Source: Trichosphaerium sp. ATCC 40318
Taxonomy: Eukaryota; Protista; Tubulinea
Assembly: GCA_038496445.1 (NCBI GenBank)
Contig: JALMLS010000488.1
Span: 62,001 to 126,000 of the forward strand
Length of the DNA stretch: 64,000 nucleotides
Reading direction: 5' to 3'
The notes below the pieces were generated by a model, which saw nothing but the letters and a program-made list of their open reading frames with translations, was not told where the DNA came from and made no database searches. A program made the position numbers and the translations under genes. Of the stretch, positions 53,010 to 64,000 are shown piece by piece (position 1 is the stretch's first letter; each line of letters opens with the position of its first letter).

Positions 53010-54019
53010 TCAATAATTTTACATTCCATAACGACACCATAGGGACCTGGGGGACCTGGCCTAAACGTGAAACCTACACCTGAGAAGAATATGTTAAGTT
53101 TTTTTTTTTTCAACTTGAATTGTACCTTTATACATCTTTATGGCTCTAGCGTTCTTTGAATTCACATCTAATGATACATACTCAAACCCAGATTTTCTTA
53201 CAATATCCAAAAGTGTGTTTGTCATAAGAGATCCAACGCCCTAAACAAAAGAAGTAAGTTACTTGCTTGTTTCCACATTGTAAGAAATAAAAAACTAGTT
53301 CGTGAGAAGACTCATTACCTTTCCTCGGTAATCTTTGTGTACTGCAACATTTGATAAGTATACCTTATTTTTTAGTCTAGTCGAATAAATGATATAGCCA
53401 ATAATAGTACCGTCCTTATTTGTCAAATATTAGTTTCAACGAACAAGAAAAAAAAAGGTGTTTAAGTACTTCAACGGTAGCGAGGATAGCTCCACCTCGA
53501 TTCATCTGACCTATGAAAACTTCGTATATCCAGTAGTCAGTAAACTCATCATGTGCTTCCTAGGGAAAAAAACGTGCTTTGAGCCCAAAAAAGAAAGTAC
53601 AAAATAAAATGGCAGTTATTGAAGGTGACCTTTCACATAACGTTTAAACTTACGTTAGAAATGGCTTCTACTGCTCTAACATCGCCTGTAGTCTTTGGAT
53701 AACGAAAATAAACGTTTATAGATGCTTTAGCACAATAAGCAGACACTGTATCGAATGTCTGTCCAGTGTAGGATATCTTGTTGCTGTTATCGCTCATACA
53801 CTCTACTGAGCTTATTGTTGGTTCTTTGCTTTCGTCTGAGGTCAATATAGAGCATTCTTCAAGCAATTCCACCAGTTCTCTTTCTGGCGTTCCTTTCTCG
53901 TCTGTACAAACCGTTACAAAGCAGAAGAAAGGTTCTACCGGCCAAAAGTGTTTGGAGTTAAAGTATATAAAAAATAGTGTACCAACATCTGATTCTGTTG
54001 TATTGTTTAGTGGTTCCAT
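53010..54019 (-). CDS. GNAT (RimI-like) acetyltransferase
   Basis: IIGYII, YLSNVAVHKDYRGKGVGSLM and LDVNSKNARAIKMY. Confidence 0.85.
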
Positions 54020-54304
54020 TTGCAAGTAATGGTTTAAATTCATTATTTCAGTGAACCACTCCAAGCTTATTGTCAAGTCTTAGACAACTGCTAGGTTAAC
54101 CACTTAAAGCAAAGAAAAGACGATGTTTTGGTAGGAAAGGAACACATCCGTCCTGAAATACATCTGACAAAAGCAGTTTTTTTGTTTGTAATCTGTTTGT
54201 AGTAATCTGGGTGATTTTCTGTTTGCTAAGTCCAGACTACAGTTGTATCTTTTGTATCAGTGTAAAATATTGCGGGTATATAGAAGAGTATGTGATTTTA
54301 TTTG

Positions 54305-54389
54305 GTCAGTAATTTATGCGTCTATCAAGTAACATCAGCTACCTTTATCAAAAGGTTTTTACTGTTGTACTTTCATTCAAATTGCTGAC
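54305..54389 (-). promoter_or_regulatory. Type II SECIS element in the 3' UTR of the deiodinase-like gene
   Basis: Minus strand reads GTCAGCAATTT-GA-ATGAAAGTACAACAGT-AAAA-ACCTTT TGAT AAAGGT-AGCTGATGTTACTT-GAT...AAATTACTGAC: AUGA/GA core, unpaired AA and an apical mini-stem. Confidence 0.85.
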
Positions 54390-54416
54390 TAGAAAACCAC
54401 ACCGTTAACGCAGTGA

Positions 54417-55715
54417 TTAGTTGGGGAATTTCGCTTCTAACCATAGTTTAACTTGGTCAATATGTTCACTCGTGTACCCCATTGGTCCAGGTACAGCCTA
54501 AGATAAAAGAAATAAGAAAGCAAGTCTGATTGTTTAAGGGAATGAAATGTTCATGAAAAAAAAAAGAGTACAATGTAAGCGAGTTTTCCTGTCTTGTCTA
54601 CGATGTAGTAACGTTCAGGCCACGCTGCATAAGTATTATGGAAAGAGTTACTAATGTCATCAACCTAAATATTAATTAACTGAGACAAGATAAAGCATTA
54701 ACAGTCACACAAATAGCGTACAACTAGAGGAAAAGTAATTTTATATTTTTTTTGAAGTTCAAGTGCAGCTTCAATTCTTTCTTTGTTCGTCTTGTGTTGC
54801 TTTGTAACAACCTATATTTAACCATTAGAAGATTAAAAGGTAATACTATTATTATTGTTGTTACCTTTGTGCCTAAAGGCCATTCATCAGCAGCATGGGC
54901 TTCCATTAGATACACCATTAAGAAATTGCATTTTTCAGCAAAACGCTTTGACATCTTTATAAAAGAAGGCAATGCGTATCTCATTGGTGGTCACGTGTGA
55001 GACCCTAAAAATAATAAACATACACCAAAAGGTCTTAATTCTATTAAAATACCTGCGATAATTACACATGGTTTTTCGTCGTCGAGGTGCATCAAATCGT
55101 GCAAAGCTACCTTCTCATTTGTTAGCTAACGTGGTATGAGCTTTGCTCGTATTCTTTCGCACTTTTTTCTCTTCCAAGCTAACTAGCGATACATCAGGTG
55201 CTATATCTCCTTCAGTAAGGGATCCGCTGAAGCTTCTATCGTATTTAATGTATATAGAAGCCTCTTTTAAGGAAACTGTTAGCTATGAGCGAATACCAAT
55301 GCCAACGTACCTCTAACATCATCGTCGTCCTTGCACAAACCGCGCTGGGATCTATATTTCTCGACAGAACAATCGTCCATCTCGAAATCTCTCAACAGTT
55401 GTTGTTGTAGCTTAGTTTCGACTTGTAGCAACCATTCTGCGTTGTCTTGTTGCGTGTAGAGTGTTTGGTACTAAATTACCTTAATTTGTTTGATTTACTG
55501 CTTGTCGCGAGTACCTCTTTTGAGCGACGCATTTGAGCCTCAGCTTTAAGCATCACCAACAATTTTTCTTTTGGAATGCGCCATTTTGATTCAATCTCGT
55601 CTTTAAAGGAAAGTAGGTCAAATCCGTACTTCCCTGAAGACTCTAAGAACATCTAAAGGGAAGATTACAACCAATACGCAAAATGACACTCTTTTTTTTC
55701 CCTAACCGCACTCAT
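54417..55715 (-). CDS. Iodothyronine deiodinase-like selenoprotein
   Basis: IIAGSHT-TGA-PPM (in-frame TGA at 54991-54993), VYLMEAHAADEWP and YAAWPERYYIV, plus a SECIS downstream. Start is 55715 or 55652. Confidence 0.9.
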
Positions 55716-56356
55716 AGTGGCTATAATATATCTACACGTACGTCCGTCATCAGTACTGGTTCCAGGTTTTGAAGGCCAGGCAGGATCAGTGAACAAAAGC
55801 TTAACCAACAGTACCTTATTTGGCGAATTTGGACTTGGATCGTGACAAACATGCTAATGTAATGATCCATGGATTGAGTTCAACCAAAAATCAGAGAAAT
55901 GGAACAGGTATCGGAATCCTATGGAAGAAGTTGTATCGGGAATTTTCTTCCCAGACTGTACTGCACAGTCTGCGATCAAAGAATTTGTCTTTCGGGTTCA
56001 AAAGCACTTAGTTTGAACCAAGCATGGCATAACCCACGTAAGTGTGGATATCAAGAGAGCATCATGTACCCACATGCATTGCGAGCTTGCTTGGCAGTTG
56101 CTACGGAAAATTTTCATCATTTTGCCAGTTGTGCTAACATGGTTTCACTTCACACAGTTGCATACTTCAACATGTGACTCAGTGGCCGCAAAGTTAATGA
56201 ATCATGCTAAGGTCAATCGGCAACGCATTTGTGCTATCGTTGAATGCGTTATAAGCTTTTAGGACAATACAGAAAAAACATTATTTTGTTTATTAAGTTG
56301 ATAAATAATTTCTTCTCGTTTTCTTATCTATTCTAATACCAAGAGCACTGCAATTC

Positions 56357-57262
56357 TTACTCGAGTGCTCCAATTCTAGCAATACAGCCCTTGACAGCAT
56401 GCTTCCTTTCTGCTTCCTTAGGTCCATTAGGTATCGCAACAGCTTTGGCCCATTTTGGCTCTGCAATGTGCCCATTGCTAGGGAAACGGCAACCAGCAAA
56501 CATCGAAACAACATCGCCGTCTGTCAAATGTACTTCATATTTTACGCCAGCATACTTTTTGCTTTCACCGCACAGATTGAACTGGGGAAACCAAGAATAT
56601 ACTCCTGGTGAATTAAAAGAAGCGCCAGGGAGTGGTATCTCAGAAGCTGCCATTTCAGCAAGTGCTCCGCCAAGTGAGTGACCTTAAGGAAAATCAAAAG
56701 GTTAGTTTTTTTTTTTTGTTTTTTGTTGTTTTTGTGTACCTGTAATAAAGTCAGGTTTCAATTTCGTAGCTATTTCTATTGCTTTTTGTTTAGCCTTTCT
56801 GATTATAGGTCCTGAGTAAATCAGAGAGAAATCTTGTACAAGACCTACAAAGTACTTGAGTACATCTTATTTATCCAAAAAATCAGAAAAAAACTCACCA
56901 AATACCGAATCCGTTCCTCTGAGAGCAAGTATCTTCTTGTTCTTGTACTTGCCCTTTAGGACCTTGTACAATCCGTATTGAATAAAGTTACCACTGTTAA
57001 AATACTGCATCTGTTTTTCTAGTCTCTCCAAATGATCCTTAAACTTGCCCTCCTCTTTGAAGTCGTAAACGTCTTGTGAACATGCCAGCAATAATTGTCT
57101 AATATTGTCATCTTCCAAAGGAAGGGTGAATTTAGCAGGATGCTTCTTATCTTCCGGAGGTTCATCTTCCAGGATATCTTCCAAAGTTTTTACATTCTTG
57201 TCGGGGTTTATAAACCATTCCTTTGGATTTGCTTCCTTTGTTGGTTTCGATGCCTCAGACAT
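56357..57262 (-). CDS. Class 3 lipase-like alpha/beta hydrolase
   Basis: ILALRGTD, ITGHSLGGALA, SFNSPG, GDVVS and C-terminal KHAV. Confidence 0.85.
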
Positions 57263-58448
57263 TTGGTTTTTAGTTGTTGTTGTTCTAGTGTTGTGGTGCT
57301 TGTAATGATTGAAATTAATACTTGCTTGATGAATTGTTTGCCCGGGTGAACTGGTGGTGAACTGGTGCAAATAGAATTTTTCACGTGAAATTTCAGGTGA
57401 ATGGATAAATCTACCTACGCTCAAGTCGGTAGAAAGCTAACTATTTTAGTATGTAATTTTTGGGTGGCGTTACCCACGTGTCTTTTGTTCAAAAAAGGAC
57501 TATAAAATTTTCCCGTGATTTACTTAGCTAACGGATTACCCGACATGTGATTTTAATTTCGCTAAAAAACTTTGTTTCAATCAAAACCCCAAGTTCAAAA
57601 AATACCGTGATTAGCAATCATACTTGAAGCAGCTGCTTTGTACATGGTAGTCCTGGAACATGCTCATTGTTAGCAACAAAAAAAAAACCAAGTTCGCGAA
57701 TATCTTTTAGCTGAAGTTACTTGTGAATTACGCCTGTGGGTTGTCATAGCTCCGAATGGCAGGTGACTGTTGAAAAAAAGAAGTGGGCATCAATGACAAG
57801 CCAAGCCAATTGGAACGCACAAAATCACGTGATTTTTTTTCACTAAAGTCAGAAACCACAGCTTAAAATAAAACCACGTGCCTGATTTACCTCCAGCAAG
57901 TGTACGTAAAACAAAGAGTCCTAATACCATTACGCCTAGGACAATACTTTTCCCAAGGAAAGAGTCTGGCCTCGTTTTTAAGACGCACTGGCTTTACGCG
58001 ATTCTGTTTTTATTATGACTATGCCGTGACCGACGACGAACCAAAGCAAAGAAAGAATTCACATGTTGCTGTTTTTGAAAGCTTCCCCTACAGTAGCAGT
58101 AATATATTTGGTTATGTGTGAGTATTAACTCTTTATTGAACATATGTACATGTTTACACAAAATGTTAAGTTGTTTATGGAAGCAGTTCTTGACTACTAA
58201 AACTCCATTATTTATTAACAATTCGTGTTTTACTTGTCGGGTACAAAGTTTAAATGCTTTGCACGTTTGATTTTGGTAAGTTTGTTGGTACAGCACCATA
58301 AGATGGGTGAACTACAGAATATGTTAGTAGAATTCTTGGAAGAAACAGAAAACTTTAATTTAACGAGAAATTGCAGCAGTGAGTTTGAAACAAAACTGAT
58401 TTTGTATTTTTTTTTTAAGAGAATGATTTCGGAATTTGTTGACTTTGT

Positions 58449-59253
58449 TTAAACAGTGTACGTACTTGCATAAGTGGCAGTTATCGTCTTCCTTCTATTA
58501 CGCTTACGTATTACAATAGATAAACAAGCGACTATACTTAAAACAATGATGGCAGGTATAAGAGTAGTACCCAAAATAAACCAAGTATTGCCTTTAAAAA
58601 AAACCAGTAAGTACTTGTATGTTTGTGGTATTCTTGTCTTTTTTCCAACAGGCAAAAGATCAAAACAGTACCTGTGTCTATAATAGATATGTATTCACAA
58701 CCTTCAATTATATTTTTGCACATGACTTCATCGCTAAAAGAACAATTAGTTAATGCGAAAAAAAAAAAAAAAAATCAGGATTTGGTTCGTACGAGCAATA
58801 GTGGCAATTATCATCAAGGTTGCAGTTAAAAACAGAATCATATGATGTACAAAGCGCTAAAAAAACATAAGAGAACTATAAAACATTACATTGGGATACA
58901 AAATCGTCAAACAAATGAGCTGGTTGTAGGAAAAAAAATGGTCAAAGATACCACCGACAAAGATTGAACTGAAATTGTCGTATTACTATTCTAAAGCTTT
59001 CAGTTTCACTAAACTACGTACTATGCGATGTAGGGAAACAAAATTGCATATCAGAGCAACTGGTGCTAAGGTAAAGGCTCTCACAGCTGCGTGTTTGTGG
59101 ACACCAGCCGCAGCCTGCTCTAGCGTTGCAAACAGAGCAGGAGGTAGAACTCGCAGTGTTGCATGCATCGTATACTACTGTAGGCCCTTGGGCTTGAATA
59201 GATACTATGAGGGAAACAGTTACTAAAAGCAATGTAGTAAGAGCAGTTGTCAT
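58449..59253 (-). CDS. Single-pass membrane protein with PSI domain
   Basis: Signal peptide, CSVCNARAGCGWCPQTRSC, TM helix then RKRNRRK. Confidence 0.7.
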
Positions 59254-59720
59254 CGTGTTTGTATTTGTTGAAGTAAATTCGTCAATAAACAGGAAAATAG
59301 CTTTTGACGCTTCACTGAACTCCCACAAATTTGAAAAACCAGCTTAATGTTTTGACAAGTTTGCTGTGCAGTGAAATGTGGTCCTGTTGTACTAAGCCTA
59401 TCTTTACAAGTAAATGCAAAAAAAACCGCGTTCAAGAATATGAAACTGTTTGTAGTGTTGAATAGTCTCAGGATTTATTTTTGTCTTCATTTACACATGT
59501 GAATGATACTTTACGCTCAATGGCGGTTGGAGTGCGTTTTGTAATTGCTCAGCGACATAAAAGAGCACTTCTCTATGTGAAGGTAATATTGAGACACGTA
59601 CGCAATATATGCGTGGCCGCTCGCATACATGTACTTTTTGTTACATAAAATACTGCTTTTGTCCACCACGTGACTTAAATACTTGGTATTTGGGTTTTTT
59701 ATACAGCCTTCAACACCCGT

Positions 59721-60550
59721 ATGTCAATAAAACAACTTGCACCCATTCAACAGCTTCCACCAGAGACTCTAACGCACATCTTACGTTATTTACAGCGAAA
59801 ACAGCGTATAAGGACTTCAACAGTGTCTCACCTCTTTAATAGTATTATTCGTAACAATATTGGCTTTGGCATCATAAAATTAAAAGAAAACACAGATTGC
59901 GCCATCCTCGAAGGAAGTCAGTTGCTTAAAACAACACAAATAAGTTGTAGATGTTTAACACTATCAAATAGTGATTTGATCTGTCTTTGTGGTGTTCACA
60001 CAGTTGATCTAGGACATACAAACGTTACAGACGAAGGAGTTTTGTCATTAATAGGAGGTGAAGATGGAACAACAAAAAACACAATTCACAGCATTAATCT
60101 GTCATATACAAGTATAACAGATGTTTCATTAAAGGCTCTAAGTACTGTACACAGTATTAACCTGTATGGATGCCATAGGAATATCACTGTAGATGGTATA
60201 AGGGCTTTAAAGAATGTACATCAAATAAGTTTGAATTTTCCAAATGATGAACAACTAAAAGAACTTGGAAGTGTACATTCAATAGTACTTAATGGAGCAC
60301 ATTTACTGATGAGGGAATAAAAGCATTGACAAATTTGAGACATTTAAAGTTATTTTTTTCTGATGTGGTGACAGACGAAGGTATAAAGAACTTGGTAAAA
60401 CTTGAATACCTTAGAACTTGGTATTGTAAAAAAATTACACATGATTGTTTGATCCACTTGAAATCTCTAAAACTCGTTGAAACTGAAGGTGTTCATATAA
60501 GACAATATCATGTAGAAAAATTGGGTATAAGTTGGAAGATATTTTTGTAA
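59721..60550 (+). pseudogene. Intronless F-box + LRR gene with a frameshift (pseudogene or sequence error)
   Basis: F-box IQQLPPETLTHILRYL and LRRs (NVTDEGV, SITDVSL). The frame breaks near 60300, where FTDEGIKALTNL continues in another frame. Confidence 0.65.
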
Positions 60551-60601
60551 GAAGAAGGTAGTAATTAGTAAACCAACACTTCCATTAATTGTTTTATTTC
60601 T

Positions 60602-62712
60602 TCACTTACCAATACAAAAGTCTGTAAAAATCAACCCTAGGATATCTTCAACATCTACTTTACCAGTTATACGCCCAAGTGATACTACAGCTTGTCTTAA
60701 ATCCTCTGCAGCTAACTCTACATCATCTCCACCAGGACGTTCTGTTATGAAAAGTGAGTGAAGCAGGTTGATATCACTAAATATTATTACCTAAATATGC
60801 ATCTAAACACTCTTGACATGTCTTCAAGTGGCTTCTGTATCTCTCCCTTGTTATAACAGGACTCTCAAATGAATGTTCTTTGAATCTATTTTGTAATAAG
60901 TTGCTTGAACCAAACACATTAAAAAACTCAACTGTTTTAACTTACATTGACTCCATGCCGCCTTGAACACGTTTCAACAAATTATCAATGCCTTCGCCTG
61001 TTTTGCATGAAATACGTATTGGCTGTTGTTCTAGTACAAGATCCTCAGGTAGGCATAAATCAGGACCAGGTAAATCAGATTTATTCCTATAAAAAGTGGT
61101 CAGTAGGCTAAGCGGTGCAAGTATGCTATTTTGTACAAAACGAGTATTGTTTGGTTTGGCATTGTATTAAGCACGTGTCTTATGTTACTATCCATTTGAC
61201 GTGTTTTATCTACTACACAAATGCGTATATCCGCGTTTTTTGCTCTACATAATGATCAGTATCAACAAGGATAGTAGTTACTGGTAAAGGAGACTTAAAG
61301 AAAAAATCAATGTTACATACTTTTGGCTTGCTCGTCTGATACCCTCCATCTCTATAACATCAGTTGAGTTTTCCTGAAATAGACATAAGTATACCAAAGT
61401 TACCAATGCGTAAAACTTACTTTTAATCCAGCTGTGTCAGCAATCATTACAGGATACCCGGCAAGAGATACTTTTACTTCAATAATATCTCTTGTTGTTC
61501 CGCTAATTGGGGAAACAATGGCAGCTTCCCGTTTCGAAAGAACATTCAATAAACTACTCTTTCCTGCGTTTGGTGCACCAATGATAGGTACAGATAAACC
61601 ATCTCTTAGGATCTCACCACGATTTCCATCTGATAAGTGAGCTTCCATATCTGAACGTAATGCTTCTATCTTTGGGTATGCTAAGCAATAAAAAATTTAA
61701 CAACTTGTTTGACATATACAGAATAAAGATGGTTACCTTGTTTTGCAATGTCATCTTCTATGTGCTCATCGTTACCAAAATCTATAAGAGCTTCATAATG
61801 TGCTAAACAACGAGTTATTGTTTTTGCCCATGACTCATAAAGTTGACCAAGCTCTCCCTAGGTAATTAATGAGAAAATAAATAACTAACATCTATTCATA
61901 CCTTCGATTGACGTAAGGCCTGCTTCCGCTGTGCTTCTGTTTCTGCATTTATAAGATCTGCAATACCCTCTACAGCCGTGAGATCCATCTTTCCATTCAT
62001 AAAAGCCCTGAACTAGGAATAAATACAATGATTAAAAGAAAGATAAGGTAACCTTTTGGTAAAATCTCCAGGCTCTGCAGGACCACAACCTTGACACGCT
62101 ATTAGAGATGATACTATATTATCGAATCAAACCTGGTAAGTCAGATAATGCACTGAGAGCTTTTGATAGTACAGCAGGACTGCCATGGCAATGAAACTCA
62201 GCGACATCTAAAATATTGAAATTAGTTGACTTGTTTGCAAGTCTTTGGCAAGAAATTGTAAGCACGTGCCTTCGCCAGTGTAACTGTTTGGTCCTGGAAA
62301 ATACAGAGAGAGTACCCTTGCTACTAGTTAACGTAAATAATTCATTTAAAAATAGTTAAGAACCTGTCAATGTCATCATTTGTTCGCCAGTCTACAAGAG
62401 TACGCAAACACGCAGTTCTTGGTGGCAGCGGCTTACCCGTCATCTTTTCAACAACCTGCGCACTACTAAGTACTTATTTGGTTATATAATGGATACCTGC
62501 TGTACATCTGGTCCAGATACGCGTATTATTGAAACTGGTGCTTTCGTTGTACCCGTACATACCGCAAAAACAGTTGAAACGTACGCACCCATTGTACCCG
62601 AATGGTTTCTATGATTATGTCACTTTACGCTCATTTTTCATTAAAATACGTACCGCTTATTGATTGTCAATCTCTTTTGAGGCGTTCGAGTTCGACAAGA
62701 CAATCTTAGCAT
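60602..62712 (-). CDS. GTPBP3: Mitochondrial tRNA modification GTPase MnmE/GTPBP3
   Basis: Arg-rich presequence [56 protein letters not shown] and DFCIGK-stop. Confidence 0.95.
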
Positions 62713-62871
62713 TTTAATACGTATTTAAGCTGTCATAGGTATTGAGTAAGGTGAATAAATGCGTAATTCCAGCAAAGAGCGTTTGTTAAGCTCAATCGAC
62801 AATGAAGTTTGTTGAAAAAATGTTGACTTTTTGTACAGTTATTCATCAAAATTAATACCATAAACCTTAAA

Positions 62872-64000
62872 ATGGCTGCAATTGTTGACTACTGTGAAGA
62901 TTTGCCAAAGCTTGAGTATCTTGGAAACCACGTTACGCTTGCTGAGGTTAAAAGAGAGTCTTATGACTCTATTCCGCTGTCATTTGATGTAGACCAATTT
63001 TTTAACAACGAAGATGAAGACAGGTACAATTAACCTCTACAGCACTAAGTTAACGCGGTAAAAGTAAGAATACTTCGGTTATACCGCTCGCTAAAGCGGA
63101 ACCAGTTAAAGATACAGACAAAGAGGTCTATCAACTGATCAGGGAACTTGAAGCACTCAGCGACGTAGTGCGATCTCTGACAGATAGACAGGCTCTATGT
63201 GTTCGCTCAAAGTGTCCCAACACGATTAGCGAGCTAGAAAATGATGCTGGTCGCGTCTTGAATACAATACAAACACTAGACAAGCACTTGTACGCTTTTG
63301 TAGTTTTCTTTTTTAGCGCTAGCTAACATACGCGTAGAACCGAAGCAAAGACTTTCTTTATACTATCATCTACGCATTTATATGCTGTAGAGCATTTACA
63401 GCAAGTACTAAACGAACAATACCATTACATCGTTTTACTCTTGGATCAACTACAAAGCCTTAAAACGCCAACATCTCAAATGTACGTGATTTAAATCTCA
63501 ACTTGCGTGGCATACAAAGATACTTGCCTTTTTAGGCTTTCTTGTTTATTTTGCGTCTCATTTGTAGTTTTACTTATCTACTACGTAATTTTAAACGTAC
63601 CTACCTATTTTACTTACTCGGCAAGTGTTTCTCTCTAAATCGGTAAAATAGGACCTCTCGCTGTAAATTGGTTATCCAAAACCAGCCAATGCCTTGGGTG
63701 TTTATGAAGAAGCGTCAGATGATTGCAGCAGACGTTATTCGCGTTAGAATTCTTGTACCTCCTAATATGAAGATAAAGTACCCTGCAAAGGTGCAACTTA
63801 TATTCCAGCCTTATGCTACACGCCTTGCGCGTATGAAAATGACAAAAGTTGTACGTTTAAGAAACACCTCTTGCCAGACAATCCCTTTTTTTTTTTTCGA
63901 ATTTTTTTTTTGAAAGAAATCTTTTCTTGTAAATGACTCGTCCACCAGTCTTCTAATAATCTGTTAGGTTGACAATGCTGAAGCCACTGTTGACCCTCAA
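62872..64000 (+). CDS. STAT-like protein, Dictyostelium type (5' part, runs off window)
   Basis: Coiled coil followed by KLVIQNQPMPWVFMKKRQM...VRILV...YPAKVQLI, which resembles the start of the Dd-STAT DNA-binding domain (ALVLKSQPFPVVISKGKQL). The SH2 domain is not in the window. Confidence 0.65.

Noticed and set aside
55820-56262. Short Cys-containing ORFs between the deiodinase-like and lipase genes
   Set aside because: No coherent splice model or domain.
62457-62496. GTATCCAT donor in GTPBP3 as a second U12 intron
   Set aside because: Lacks the CCTT consensus and a U12 branch motif, so it is treated as U2.

Overview
Gene-dense, AT-rich eukaryotic nuclear DNA with many short spliceosomal introns (typical donor GTACGT/GTAAGT, CTAAC-like branch), so the ORF track shows only exon fragments. 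All gene models below were spliced by hand. Actin residues ([39 protein letters not shown]), a Dictyostelium-type STAT, a family-C GPCR and a Zn2Cys6 factor suggest an amoebozoan (inference). About 27 protein genes, one tRNA, a candidate intronic C/D snoRNA and a SECIS element are supported. The most striking item is a complete DGCR8/Pasha-like Microprocessor subunit (WW/RHED, two dsRBDs and a Drosha-binding-like tail) at 26831-30643. Other highlights: a bacterial-type macrodomain-SIR2 fusion, unfused head-to-head btaA/btaB betaine-lipid genes, a deiodinase-like selenoprotein, a Ras-FYVE fusion, a U12-type GT-TG intron, several GC-AG introns, strong CACGTG enrichment and a decayed inverted-repeat element.
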